DNA from: Chloroflexota bacterium
Lineage (GTDB): Bacteria; Chloroflexota; UBA11872; VXNJ01
Direction of reading: 5' to 3'
Length of the DNA stretch: 64,000 nucleotides
Assembly: GCA_965261345.1 (NCBI GenBank)
Contig: OZ253449.1
Span: 1,312,001-1,376,000, forward strand
Shown: positions 11,539 through 23,020 of the stretch, piece by piece
Layout: each line of letters opens with the position of its first letter
How positions within the stretch are numbered: position 1 is the stretch's first letter
Made by a program: the position numbers and the translations under genes
The notes under the pieces: generated by a model
Told to the model about the DNA's origin: nothing
What the model saw: the letters and a program-made list of their open reading frames with translations, nothing else
Databases searched by the model: none

Positions 11539-12236
11539 GTGGAATATCGTCCTGGCTCGCTTGTCTCGGCCCGCGGCCGCAACTGGGTCGTCCTGCCACC
11601 AGAAGTTCGCGATGTAGTTCGGCTACGGTCGCTTGACGGGCTGGCGGGCGATGAAATCGGCATCCTGCCGGACCTGGAACCCGGTGCTGTAGCCAGCGCG
11701 AGGTTTCCCTACCCGGATCCTGATCGAACTGTCGATTCGGCAGGCCTCCGTCTCCTATTTGGCGCCGCCCGCCTGCAACTGCGCAGCGGTGCCGGCCCTT
11801 TTCGCTGCATGGGCCGGATCTCGGTTACGCCGCGCCCATACCAGCTTGTTCCCTTGCTGATGGCGCTGCGCCTCGATCCAGTGCAGTTGCTAATTGCCGA
11901 CGACGTCGGAGTCGGCAAAACGATCGAGGCCGGTCTGATCGCGCGCGAGTTATTGGAGCGTGGCCAAATAAGTCGAATCAGGGTCCTCTGCACTCTTCAT
12001 TTGCTTGACCATTGGGAGAGCGAACTATCCGAGAAGTTTGGAATTGACCTTGCGGTAGTTTCCTCCGCGCAGATGGCCCGCTTGGAACGCGAACTCCCCC
12101 GCCCCGACGTGAGCGTGTTTGCCTACCATCGGCACCTCGTCGCCAGCATTGGATTTGGTCAAATCCGACCGCTACCGTGGCTTCTTCCTCCAGTACGTGC
12201 CCGACCTTGTCATCGTGGATGAAGCTCACACCGCCC
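11539..12236 (+). pseudogene. SNF2-family helicase N-terminal fragment (DISARM DrmD-like), frameshifted and truncated
   Basis: PGSLVSARGRNWVV, PRPYQLVP, LLIADDVGVGKTIEAG. After a frameshift near 12150 it reads [11 protein letters not shown], then IS sequence begins. Confidence 0.8.
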
Positions 12237-13119
12237 AGGCGCAGCTTAAGTGACCAGGCGGTCCTGGAAGGTGCCGGCGGCCCTTTCCACTCTTTCCTTG
12301 GCCTGGGCCGAGCCGGCAAACACCTGGCGTATCCCCAGTTCGCGCATTGCCCGCGCGAACTGGGTAGCGCCCTCGGCCAGCTTTGGCTGGCGCGGATCGG
12401 AGGGAGGGAACGAACACGCTGTGGCGGTCGCTGTAGAGGGCCAATGGGATACTGTGGTTCCTGGTCAGATCGCCGAGCAGTTCGAAGTAGCCATAGGCGT
12501 CTTCATCGGGTCTAAAGCATGCCGCCAGGACCTTGCCGGTGGCATCGTCCACCGCCAGGTGCAGGTCCAGCTGGGGATGCTCGTCGCCCAGCCAGCGATG
12601 GTGGCTGCCATCGATCTGGATCAGCATCCCCTCCCTGGGCATGCGCTCTCTTCTTACCCGGTGACGGGGTGGGCGGCGGCGGCGGGGGGCTCTTTATCCC
12701 CGCGGAGGCCAGGATCCGTCTTAAGGTCTGGCGGCTGATCTGTATCGCTTCGCGTTCCTCCAGTAGCTGGACAAGATGGGTGTGATTGGCGTCCGGGTAG
12801 CGATCCCGGGCCAGTTCGATTACTCGGGCGGCCACTGAGTCTGAAGTTGCATTGCCCGGTCGGCGGCCACGGTTGCCGTGGGCCAGGGATTTTTCTCCGG
12901 TCTCGCGATAGTCAGCCAGCAATCGCCAGAACTGGCGCCGGCTCAGGCCGAGCAGGGTTACCGCCTGCCGGGAATCGATCTGGCGGTGCAGGTAGCAATC
13001 AAGAATCTGGCGCCGCGCGTGGGGTAGTTGCTCAACCAATGCCATGTGTCCCAACCTGGAGAGGGGAGTGACATTTTTCCTGAGCAGTTAACTACTGACG
13101 GAATCGCTGAGCAATAACA
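12237..13119 (-). mobile_element. Truncated ISNCY/IS481-like element with frameshifted transposase
   Basis: HTH LSRRQFWRLL, LAHGNRGRRP, LIQIDGSHHRW, AVDDATG, LYSDRHSVF. The end reads TGTTATTGCTCAG from 13119, with repeated CTGAGCA motifs. Confidence 0.8.
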
Positions 13120-13208
13120 AGTCAATCTCGACCACGTAAAGACCACATCGCCAACACCTTTCGTCCACCCATGTGCGCCGATTGCGATACTCTCCGTCAG
13201 CAATCGTG

Positions 13209-14960
13209 GATCACGTCCCCTGGAGTGGTGTAAGAGCACCAGCTTGATCAACTAAGCCAACGCGATGACAAAGGGCCATCGTGTAAACCTCTACGGAGTC
13301 ACTTCACTTACTTCGTCGAGGAACCATCGATGGCCCAACTTGATTATCAGACCTTGCTTGCCCTTATCGCCAAGCAAGGGTTTGACAGCAGCGAATTCGT
13401 CCGCAGCGCCGTACGGCACGCCTACCAGGAACTTATTGACGCCGGCCTGGCCGAAAACATCGGCGCCAAACCGCACGAGCGCAACGGCGAGCGTCGCAAT
13501 CGGCTTTGATGGCTCGCGCAAGCGCACCCTCTCCACCCGGGCGGGCGACATCGAGATTGCCCTGCCCAAGCTGCGCCAAGGCAGCTACTACCCCGAGTTC
13601 TTGGAGCGGCGGCGCCGCATCGACCAGGCCCTCTACGGCGTCATCATGACCGCCTACAGCAAGGGCGTCTCCACCCGCAAGGTCGACAAGCTGGTGGAGG
13701 CGATGGGAGTAAACGCCGGGATCTCCAGGTCCGAGGTGTCAAGGATCTGCAAAGGCATCGACGAGCTGGTCAATGCCTTCCGCGAACGCGATCTCGCGCA
13801 TACGACCTTCCCGTACCTCTATCTCGACGCCACCTACGTAAAAGCCCGAAACGCGCATGCGGTAAGGTCGCGGGCGGTGGGCATAGCAATGGCCATAAAC
13901 GAGGACGGCCATCGCGAGCTGCTGGGGCTTGCAATCGGCCACAGCGAAGCGCAGGGCTTCTGGGAGGACTTGATCGCCTCCCTGGTAACGCGCGGTCTAT
14001 CCGGCGTGCGGCTGGTGATCTCCGATGGGAACCAAGCCATCGGCAACGCGGTGACAAAGCTTATTCCCGAGGCCGCCTGGCAGACGTGCAGGACACACTT
14101 TGGGCGCAATCTTCTGCCAAGGGTCAGAAGCGGCGACCGCGGGCTGGTGGCAGCCGGACTGGCGTCGCTGTTTGGGCAGGCTGACAAGCAGAGCGCCATG
14201 GACGCCTTCGGAGATTTCGCCGATCGCTTAGAGCGCAAGTATCCGGAACTGTCCACGATCCTCGAGGACTCCGAGATCGCCCTGACTGCCTACACCGCCT
14301 TCCCGCCTTCGCACTGGCGCAAGATCTGGTCCACCAATCCCCTGGAGCGCGTTATGGGCGAGCTAAAGCGCCGCACCCGGGTAGTGCAGCTCTTCCCCGA
14401 CGATGACTCGGTCCTGCGCCTTATCGGAGCGGTCCTAATTGAGCAGAACGACGAATGGCTCGCATCCGAGCGCCGCTATATGTCCAGGCACTCGATGGCC
14501 TTAATCGGCCAACCCCCATCTCCGGGAGAGAGGCAGTCCCCGCTGGCATTGCCGGCGGGGTAGCAACCGCCGCCGGGGGCCGTAGCGCCCTCCAGGGAAA
14601 TGGAAGGTCGTGCGCCCGGCTGGGCGCTAGCTGGGCCTAAATAAGGATCACTAGCGTCGAATTGGGCCGACTTTCCCAACAAACCCGGCCCGGTGAGCCC
14701 GAATGCGAGCCGTTACGGGCCGGGGCCGGCCTTCGGACCCATGGAAGCCCATATGACCACGACCGCGCCATGGTCGCAACTGGCAAAATGATGGACGCCT
14801 TACCGGCAGTCGCCGTCACAGCCAAGGACTCGAAACTCCCCCAGCAAGCCCCAGCAACCATCTGCCGGCCCTGCCGGCAGCTGCAACTCTGTAGAGTTGC
14901 AGCTGCCGAACCCCTAAACGTAGAGGACGGCTTAGTTACACCACACCGTGGGACACGTCC
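13209..14960 (+). mobile_element. IS256-family element; transposase 13330-14563 frameshifted near 13505
   Basis: YLYLDATYVK, LVISDG, WQTCRTHF, IWSTNPLER. Terminal IRs GATCACGTCCCCTGGAGTGGTGTAA / TTACACCACACCGTGGGACACGTCC; 8-bp TSD CAATCGTG at 13201 and 14961. Confidence 0.92.
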
Positions 14961-15232
14961 CAATCGTGCGGTTTCGAGCCGATGTTTTCCGCCCAGGCCG
15001 GCGTCATAAGTTCCAGGTAGGCGTGCTGTACGGCGCTCCAGACGAATTCGCTGGTGTTAAAACCTTGCTTGGCGACAAGGGCGACCGAGGTTTGATAATC
15101 GCGTTGGATCATCGATGGTTCCTCGACGAAGTAAGTGAGGGAACTCCATAGAGGTTTCACGATGGCCCTTTGTGATCGCGTTGGTTTAGCTGATCAAGCT
15201 GGCGCTCTTTCGTCACTCCAGGGAACGTGATC
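14961..15232 (-). mobile_element. Degenerate left end of a related IS256 copy (the target of the above insertion)
   Basis: The reverse complement aligns with 13209-13480 (IR, RBS, MIQRDYQTSVALVAKQGFNTSEFV vs MAQLDYQTLLALIAKQGFDSSEFV). Confidence 0.85.
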
Positions 15233-15536
15233 CATCGCCATGGCCCTACCGCCGAAATGTGCTTGAGACGGCAGGTTGCGGAAGATTAGAGGCATGATTT
15301 CTTAGCTGGCCGGCTTGCAATGGTCGCCAATGAACCGGAGAAGGCAGCATTCATCATCTGCGATTCGACGTCAAGCGAGATACTCGCTTCCAGTCGTCGG
15401 CTCGCAATGTGAATTTCCTTGTTGCCGGAAGCACTTGAGCATCGACGGGGCGCGATTAGTTCAATCCCGGAGAGATTAGTCAACACTCGAATTGTTCGCG
15501 GGCCAAGCTTGAATCGAATTAATCTATGTGAGATGA

Positions 15537-16478
15537 GTGAAACACGGGGCATTCGATTTGTATTTGGATGAGCTACACAGCCTTATCGGCACTCTCAAAG
15601 ACCGAATGTCGCAACACCGCGTCTTGTTGGGCAAGAACGAATCCGCAACGCGCTACTCGTTGATTGATCCACTACTCGGAGCGTTGGGCTGGGACTTATC
15701 CGATCCGACGCAGGTGGAACCTGAGTATCAAGCAGGACCTGGGCGCGCTGACTACGCTTTGATGGTCGATGGCGGAACTCCCAGCATCATCGTCGAGGCA
15801 AAAAATTTGGGTCGGCGCGTCGATGACGGTATCAGCCAATCAATCAGCTATTGCATTGAACGCGGGATCAAATACTTCGTTGTCACTAACGGTGACAGAT
15901 GGGAGGTTTACGAGACGCACAATCCGGTTCCAATTGCAGAAAAACTGGTTGTTGAATTCAGTGTTAGGAACGCGTCCCAGGGCACGATCATGAAAATGCT
16001 CTGGCTTTGGCGCGGAAATTTCAAATCCGACACACCGGCAGTCACAAACGTGCCGCAAAATAAACTCGCTGAACGTGGGCAGGCAGTTGCGACCAAACGA
16101 ATTCGTCAGAAATCAGTTCCTTTGGATCAATTCACTCCCTCAATTGGTCAAAAAGAGCCGAATTCAATACTTTTTCCAGATGGATCGAGTACGGCGCCCG
16201 GCACATGGATCGAGTTTCAAACGGCCATCGTAAGTTGGTTGATTGAAACAGGACACCTGTCCGCATCAGATTGTCCGATTACAGCCGGGGGCAAGGCCTA
16301 CTTAGTTCATTCACAACCAGTAACGCGATCGGGCGCTCGTTTTCGGAGGCCAAGATCTGTTAATGACTTGTGGATTGAGGCTAATCGAAGCGCGTCAGAT
16401 CATGTTAAAACCGCCAAGCGAGTTTTGGAAGATAGAGGCGTAACACTCCAGAGCGTTCGTGTGGTGGCGACCGATTGA
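15537..16478 (+). CDS. HsdR_N-type restriction-endonuclease-fold protein with C-terminal putative DNA-binding domain
   Basis: NESATRYSLIDPLLGALGWD, EPEY, RADYAL, IVEAK, VVTNGDRWEVY. Confidence 0.8.
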   Translation: MKHGAFDLYLDELHSLIGTLKDRMSQHRVLLGKNESATRYSLIDPLLGALGWDLSDPTQVEPEYQAGPGRADYALMVDGGTPSIIVEAKNLGRRVDDGISQSISYCIERGIKYFVVTNGDRWEVYETHNPVPIAEKLVVEFSVRNASQGTIMKMLWLWRGNFKSDTPAVTNVPQNKLAERGQAVATKRIRQKSVPLDQFTPSIGQKEPNSILFPDGSSTAPGTWIEFQTAIVSWLIETGHLSASDCPITAGGKAYLVHSQPVTRSGARFRRPRSVNDLWIEANRSASDHVKTAKRVLEDRGVTLQSVRVVATD

Positions 16479-16684
16479 CGCCGATGTTCTTCGCGAATGT
16501 TGGCGGATCAACAACCGCCAATCTGGCCACGGAAAATTTATCGCATTAGTCCGCACCGGGTAAGTGCGAACATATCGCCTTCAGCAATTTGATCCATACC
16601 GACATCGAGCGTTAGCAGCTCAGGATCAACGACCACAACACTAAATCGCACTAATTGCCAGGAAAACTGAGGGATCCCATCTCC

Positions 16685-19600
16685 ATGACAGCGCTCAATT
16701 CCGAACCGCGTCGGCATGATTTTGCAGAGGTATTAGCCGAATTGAGGAGCGTTGCGCGGTCCAAAATGGCCAGGGGCAGGCTGTTTGAGCGCTTAATGTG
16801 CGAGTACTTGCGGAAAGACCCAATTTGGGGTCCACGATTTGCGTCGGTGCAGTTGATTGACGGCAAAGACTTTGGAGTTGACCTAGAGGCGATATCCGCC
16901 GACGGCAAATCGGTTTGGGCAATTCAGTGCAAATTTCACGGGCCAAGCACACGAATTAATAAGAAGGCGGTTTCCAGCTTTTTAGCGGAGCTGGGTAAAA
17001 CCAAGTACACGCACGGCCTAATCATTGACACCGGTGCCGAATGGGGTGCGACCGCCTCCAGGGCAATACGCGGACTCGATAAACCAGTTCACTTGCTCAA
17101 ATTCCTCGATTTAGAGGGTAGTGATGTCGATTGGCCCGATTTGGCTGGCGACCTTAAGGACTTGCAGGTAAGGCGAGGCAGTTACGAATTGCGGCCCCAC
17201 CAAAAAAGCGCAATCGAGGACGTATTACTGGGGCTTAGTAAATCCGGCCGTGGCAAGTTGATCATGGCATGTGGGACAGGGAAAACCCTGACCGCGTTAC
17301 GGCTGGCCGAAGAGTACGTTGGTCAGGGCAACACGTGCCTCTACTTGGTCCCTTCGATCGCGTTAATGCAACAAACTTTGCGCGAGTGGGCCAGCCAACA
17401 GAGGATTCCACAAAGCTATGTTGGCATTTGTTCTGATGTGCGCGCTGGGCGCATTGCCGAAGATATCGATCTCTTTGAACTTGAGCTCCCCGTCACGACT
17501 GATCCGCGCCAGATTAGGTCGGTTCTCAAGTCCGACCCAGGGGGCCAATTGCGCGTAGTTTTTTGCACGTACCAAAGCATCGAATTAGTTATCGAAGCGC
17601 AGCGTGATGAGTGCGTAAAAGAATTCGACTTGATCATTTGTGACGAGGCTCACAGAACTACTGGGGTGGAAAAACCGGGCGACAAACAATCACCATTCGT
17701 TCGTGTACACGACGATTCAATGGTCAGGGGGAGGAAGCGGCTCTACATGACCGCGACGCCGCGCCTCTATGCTTCCTCGTCAAAAAAGAGGGCAAACGAC
17801 CAAAACTTCGACATTTATTCCATGGACGATGAAGCTACATACGGGCCGGAATTTCACCGATTGGACTTTGGTGAAGCGGTAAACAAAGGCTTATTGACTG
17901 ACTACAAGGTGCTTGTACTTCACATGCACCAGCGTTACGCTGCGCGGTTGTTGGCAAAAACGTTGGACAAGCATGCTGATGGCCCCGGTGTCGGGAGCAA
18001 AACGTTGAGCGAATTGATGACGGTAGATGATGCCGCAAGGATTGCCGGTTGCTGGACGGGATTGCTAGATCCAGAATTGGCCGCTCCGGCCGCCGAATAT
18101 AAGCATTTGCCAAGTCCGAAATTAAAAAGGGCTATCGCATTCAGCAGCAGGATTAATGCATCGAAACTGATCGAGTCAAGTTTTGAAGTCGTCGCCAACA
18201 CGATTACTCCAGATCGTGTTGGCCAGATGCAGGTGAAACATGTAGATGGCACCAACAACGCGCTGAATCGCAGCAGAGATATAGCTTGGCTGCGCCACGG
18301 TGATGAATCTTCTTGCCGAATGTTGACCAACGCGCGCTGTTTGTCCGAGGGAATTGATGTTCCGGCGCTGGACGCCGTCCTGTTTATGAATCCGCGGCGT
18401 TCACATATTGATATTGTCCAAGCCGTCGGGCGTGTCATGCGAAAAAGCCCCGGCAAGCAATACGGATACATCATTTTGCCGGTAATCGTCGGTGCCAGAT
18501 CAAATGTTGGCGAAATGATGTTGCATTCAGACTATGACGTGGTATGGGATGTACTACGCGCGTTGCGATCCCACGACGGTCGTCTCGACATTGAAATAAA
18601 TCAAATTGACTTGAACAATAAGCTCCCAGACCGGATCTCATTTGTCGGATTGGACGTAGGGGAGGATGATGAATTCGTCGTTGAGCCACTTGTAACCAAA
18701 AACGCGACTCAACTCGAATTGGGATTGTTGCCAGAGGCTATGTACGCGGCAATCGTAGACAAGGTTGGGGATCGCCAATATTGGGACCGCTGGGCACGCG
18801 ACATCGGAGAAATTGCGAGTCGCTGCACGGCCAGAATTCGAGCTTTGCGAGAAGGGAATTCGGAAATCGCTACCGAGTTTTCTGACTTTCACAATGGCAT
18901 CAAATCGATTACCAATGACTCGGTCCAGGCAAGTGAAGTCGAATCCATGCTCGCGCAGCATCTCATCACTAGGCCCGTATTCGAAGCGCTGTTTGCTGAG
19001 AGCAAATTTGTCGAAGAGAACCCGGTATCAAAGGCGATGCAGCGGATGGTTGAAATTCTGCAGCGCCGCGGATTGGATGCGGAGATTGAGAAGTTCCAAA
19101 GTTTCTACGACAGCGTTAGGAATCGCGTTTTTGGAGTAAGCGACGCTGCAGGAAAACAGGTAGTCCTGAAAGAGCTGTACGAAAAATTCTTCAAGACTGC
19201 GTTTGCGCAAACGACCGATCGACTCGGAATCGTATATACACCTAACGAAATTGTCGATTTCATACTCCGATCAGCAGACGACATTGTGCGTGAGCAATTT
19301 GGCGCTTCCGGGTTGTCCGCGGATGGTGTCCACGTGCTAGAGCCATTTGCCGGCACCGGAACTTTCCTTGTCAATCTGATCCAAGATAAGTCGTTGCTCG
19401 GCGAATCTGACGTGGCCAGAAAATTTGATCGCGAGTTACACGCAAACGAGATATTGCCCCTTGCGTACTACATTGGCGCGTTGAATATCGAGCGAGCCTT
19501 CCAAGGCCGGTGCCCTGGAATCGACTACAGATCATTCACCGGCATGGTGTTAGCGGATACGTTCAATCTCAGTGAAGGCGCAAGATCTCAGCGCCAGTTT

Positions 19601-21457
19601 CCACGCAAGTACTTTGGCGAAAACAACGAAAGAGCTGAATCTCAAGAGAATGAAGATATTCGGGTTTTTCTGTCGAATCCGCCGTGGTCGGCTTGGCAAT
19701 CCGATGCCCGTGACGAAAACCGGAACGTTAGCTACCCAGCTCTAGACGCCCGGATCAGAGAGACTTATGTCGCCAACAGCAACGCAACTCAACGCGCTAG
19801 CCTGTACGACTCTTACATTCGGGCCATTCGCTGGGCCTCCGACCGAATGGGCGATCGTGGACTGATCGCATTCGTCACGAACAACGGTTGGCTCGACGGG
19901 AGGGCAGCAGCCGGATTGCGGCATTGCCTGGCCAGTGAATTTAATGAGATTTATGTCTTAGACCTGCGGGGCAACGCAAGAACTAGGGGATTGTTTCGTC
20001 AAAAGGAGGGAGGAGGCGTATTCGACCAAGGATCGCGCGCCGGAGTATGCATCGTAATTCTTATTAGGTCTAATCCGGTCAACGGTCATGCCAAGGCTCG
20101 CATCAATTACCAAGCGGTTGACGACTACCTGACGACTGCCCAAAAGCTTGCGGCGGTCGAGGTTGCAGCGTCAATCAATGGAATTGACAAATGGCAGGAG
20201 ATTCACCCCGACGACCACGGCGATTGGCTAAACCAGCGTGACCCGCGATTCTTAGCATACGTGCCGATTGGTAGCAAAGCGGCCAAGCGTAGGTTGGCGA
20301 GTCGATCAGTCTTTCGACTTTTTGGCCGCGGTTTGGCGACCAGCCGCGACGAATACGCATACAGCTTCGATGAAGAAGCGCTGGCAGCACGTTCTATAAG
20401 AATGATTATGTTCTACAACCAGTTTTTGGGCGCGGAGGCGCCCCCGGCAAACGACGAATTGATCAAGTGGCACCACGACGTTCTCTCAAATGCCTCCCGG
20501 AAGATTCCTGCCCGATGGGAGAGTGACTCAATCCGAACTGTTGCCTACCGACCGTTCGTCAATCAATTTGCTCATTTCGACATTATTTTTAACGCGCGTC
20601 ACTACCAACTCGGAGCGATGTATCCAACGGCATCAACCATAAACAGAGTTATATCTGTAACCGGCAAAGCTAGCGGTGCAGGATTCAGCGCACTCGTGTC
20701 CAATTTATTACCGGATTTGCACGTTTTGGGTGCGACGCAAGTTTTCCCACGTTGGAGGTTTGAAAGGAGACAGCTCGGTGTTGGCACCTTGCCGCTGGAC
20801 GCAGGGACAACTGATACTGCCGATGGCAACGGCGAATTCGTCCGAATCGACAACATCACTGATTGGGCGTTGAGCGAGTTTCGACTCAAATATGGCGATT
20901 CGTCGATATCCAAAGACGACATTTTTTCGTATGTCTACGGGATCCTCCATCACCCTGTCTTCCGCGAGAGGTTCGCCAACGACTTGTTCAAGGATCTTCC
21001 GCGCATTCCGTTTGCGCCCGACTTCCGCGCGTTTTCAGAAGCCGGGATGAAACTTGAAGCGCTGCACTGTGACTATGAGTCCCTTAGCGGGTACCCATTA
21101 AAGATTGAGACTGCAAGTGGGTTTGATCCAGGGTCTGACTCCCACTTCTCGATTGAGAAGATGACTTGGGAGAAGGGGGCAGGCAAAAGGAAATTGCGGA
21201 TTAACGATTACTTGACAGTTTCCGGAATACCTGACTCAGCCCACGAGTACGTAGTGAACGGCCGCTCTCCGCTGGAGTGGCTGGTCGAGCGCTGGTGTTT
21301 GAAATTGCACGAACGATCCGGGATCGTCAACGATCCGAATCGGTGGTTCGACGATCCCCGTAGCGTCGTCAAGCTGGTCAAGCAAGCAACCCAAGTCGCC
21401 GTCGAATCAGTCAAATTGATCAACGAGCTCCCGGATCAATTCGACTTAGGGAGCTAG
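16685..21457 (+). CDS. Type ISP restriction-modification enzyme (LlaGI/LlaBIII-like): Mrr nuclease, SF2 ATPase, N6A MTase, TRD
   Basis: GVDL...AIQCKF, MACGTGKT, DEAHRTTG, QAVGRVMR, GIVYTP, LEPFAGTGTF, NPPW, DLRGNAR, IFSYVYGILH, DLPRIPF, YVVNGRSPLEW. Confidence 0.95.
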   Translation: MTALNSEPRRHDFAEVLAELRSVARSKMARGRLFERLMCEYLRKDPIWGPRFASVQLIDGKDFGVDLEAISADGKSVWAIQCKFHGPSTRINKKAVSSFLAELGKTKYTHGLIIDTGAEWGATASRAIRGLDKPVHLLKFLDLEGSDVDWPDLAGDLKDLQVRRGSYELRPHQKSAIEDVLLGLSKSGRGKLIMACGTGKTLTALRLAEEYVGQGNTCLYLVPSIALMQQTLREWASQQRIPQSYVGICSDVRAGRIAEDIDLFELELPVTTDPRQIRSVLKSDPGGQLRVVFCTYQSIELVIEAQRDECVKEFDLIICDEAHRTTGVEKPGDKQSPFVRVHDDSMVRGRKRLYMTATPRLYASSSKKRANDQNFDIYSMDDEATYGPEFHRLDFGEAVNKGLLTDYKVLVLHMHQRYAARLLAKTLDKHADGPGVGSKTLSELMTVDDAARIAGCWTGLLDPELAAPAAEYKHLPSPKLKRAIAFSSRINASKLIESSFEVVANTITPDRVGQMQVKHVDGTNNALNRSRDIAWLRHGDESSCRMLTNARCLSEGIDVPALDAVLFMNPRRSHIDIVQAVGRVMRKSPGKQYGYIILPVIVGARSNVGEMMLHSDYDVVWDVLRALRSHDGRLDIEINQIDLNNKLPDRISFVGLDVGEDDEFVVEPLVTKNATQLELGLLPEAMYAAIVDKVGDRQYWDRWARDIGEIASRCTARIRALREGNSEIATEFSDFHNGIKSITNDSVQASEVESMLAQHLITRPVFEALFAESKFVEENPVSKAMQRMVEILQRRGLDAEIEKFQSFYDSVRNRVFGVSDAAGKQVVLKELYEKFFKTAFAQTTDRLGIVYTPNEIVDFILRSADDIVREQFGASGLSADGVHVLEPFAGTGTFLVNLIQDKSLLGESDVARKFDRELHANEILPLAYYIGALNIERAFQGRCPGIDYRSFTGMVLADTFNLSEGARSQRQFPRKYFGENNERAESQENEDIRVFLSNPPWSAWQSDARDENRNVSYPALDARIRETYVANSNATQRASLYDSYIRAIRWASDRMGDRGLIAFVTNNGWLDGRAAAGLRHCLASEFNEIYVLDLRGNARTRGLFRQKEGGGVFDQGSRAGVCIVILIRSNPVNGHAKARINYQAVDDYLTTAQKLAAVEVAASINGIDKWQEIHPDDHGDWLNQRDPRFLAYVPIGSKAAKRRLASRSVFRLFGRGLATSRDEYAYSFDEEALAARSIRMIMFYNQFLGAEAPPANDELIKWHHDVLSNASRKIPARWESDSIRTVAYRPFVNQFAHFDIIFNARHYQLGAMYPTASTINRVISVTGKASGAGFSALVSNLLPDLHVLGATQVFPRWRFERRQLGVGTLPLDAGTTDTADGNGEFVRIDNITDWALSEFRLKYGDSSISKDDIFSYVYGILHHPVFRERFANDLFKDLPRIPFAPDFRAFSEAGMKLEALHCDYESLSGYPLKIETASGFDPGSDSHFSIEKMTWEKGAGKRKLRINDYLTVSGIPDSAHEYVVNGRSPLEWLVERWCLKLHERSGIVNDPNRWFDDPRSVVKLVKQATQVAVESVKLINELPDQFDLGS

Positions 21458-21459
21458 GA
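19942..21459 (+). repeat. Arm A of the mosaic inverted repeat (3' part of the Type ISP gene)
   Basis: Blocks 19942-19954, 20039-20243, 20339-20474, 20600-20656 and 20738-21459 match the reverse complements of 25001-25013, 24712-24916, 24481-24616, 24296-24352 and 23490-24211. Confidence 0.95.
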
Positions 21460-21662
21460 ATTGCAAGCGCGAATTGGAGCCGACCCAATCTGACAGATGA
21501 AATCCACCTTCATTGAGCCCAGCATCAAGACTCGAGTTAAATTTTTTTGACAATTTACGCGTCCAAGCGCGCATGTTACGAGTAAAGGCAACGTTTTTGC
21601 GGCAACCGGGGCGCATTCAAGCCGCCGCAACGCTAATGATGGAAGATTTCGCCACCCGGCTC

Positions 21663-23020
21663 TGGCCGGCTCCCCCTCATTGGTACCAGAGGGAATGTGA
21701 ATAATCTGGTTCCAACGAAAGGGGACTGCAATGGCGAAGCGAAAGTACTCGCCCGAACAGATCATCAACAAGCTCCGGGCCATAGAGCTTGGTGTCGCCC
21801 AGGGCGACACCGTCGAGCAGAGCTGCCGCAAGGCGGCGATCAACGTCCAGACCTATTACCGCTGGCGCTCCCGCTACGGCGGGATGACGCTCGCCGAGGC
21901 CAAGGAGAACAAGCGCCTGCGCGAGGAGAACAAGCGCTTAAAACACGCGGTGGCCGATCTAACGCTCGACAACCAGATCCTGAAAGAGACGGCCTCGGGA
22001 AACTTCTAAGCCCGGAGCGGCGGCGCAAGTGCGTCGACCACGTCCGGGCCAAGTTCCCGGTGTCTGAACGAAGAGCCTGCCGGGTGCTGGGCCAATCGCG
22101 CCGCACCCAGCGCTACATCCCAAAACCCGATCCGGAAGAGGACAACCTCACCGCCGAGATCAGGATGCTTTCCCTCAAGCACCCCCGCTATGGCTACAAG
22201 CGCATCACCGCCCTGCTTAAACACTCGGGCTGGAAACTGAACCGCAAACGGGTATTGCGCATCTGGCGCGCGCAGGGCCTTAAGGTCCCGATCCGAAAGG
22301 TCAAGAAGTCGCGCCTCTGGCTGGAGAACGGACGCTCTACGCGGCTTATGGCCGAGCGCCCGAATCACGTCTGGGCCTACGACTTTACCTACGAGCGCAC
22401 CGAGGACGGCAGACCACTGCGGATCCTTACCGTGGTCGATGAGTTCACCCGCGTGGCCTTAGCGGCCCGGGCGGCCCGATCCTTCCCTGCCCGGGACGTG
22501 ATCGAGACAATCGCCGACCTCATGCTCATCCACGGGGTCCCCGAGCACATCCGCTCTGACAACGGCCCCGAATTTACCGCCAAAGCGATAAGGCAATGGC
22601 TATCTGGCAACAGCGTCAAGACCGTCTACATAAAGCCCGGAGCGCCCTGGGAGAACGCCTATGCGGAATCGTTCATATCCAAGCTCCGCGACGAGCTCCT
22701 GGACCGCGAGATATTCTTCACCCTCGAAGAAGCCAGGGTGATGCTGGAGCGCTTCCGGATCGACTACAACACCGTGCGCCCGCACTCGGCGCTCGGCTAC
22801 CTGGCGCCCCTGGAAGCGATCGAGGCGGCGGCGTGATGGATCAACTTCCGGTTGCAATCCGGCTGCTGCTGGCCGGCCTCATCGACGGCCCGGCGTCCGT
22901 CTTCGTGGGTGCTACGGGCGGCCGCAATATCAGCTTCGCCGCCAGCTCTCCTGCAGGAGAGCTGGCGGCACCCTCCCACAAGACAATGTCTCACCTGGTA
23001 CCAAAACCGGGGACCTGCCA
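21663..23020 (+). mobile_element. IS3-family element (orfA 21731-22009, orfB to 22836)
   Basis: OrfA MAKRKYSPEQII; -1 slippery site GGGAAAC near 21998; OrfB WAYDF, VVDEFTR, RSDNGPEF, PWENAYAESF, RPHSALGY. TG...CA imperfect IRs with TGGTACCA; 4-bp TSD GCTC. Confidence 0.93.
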
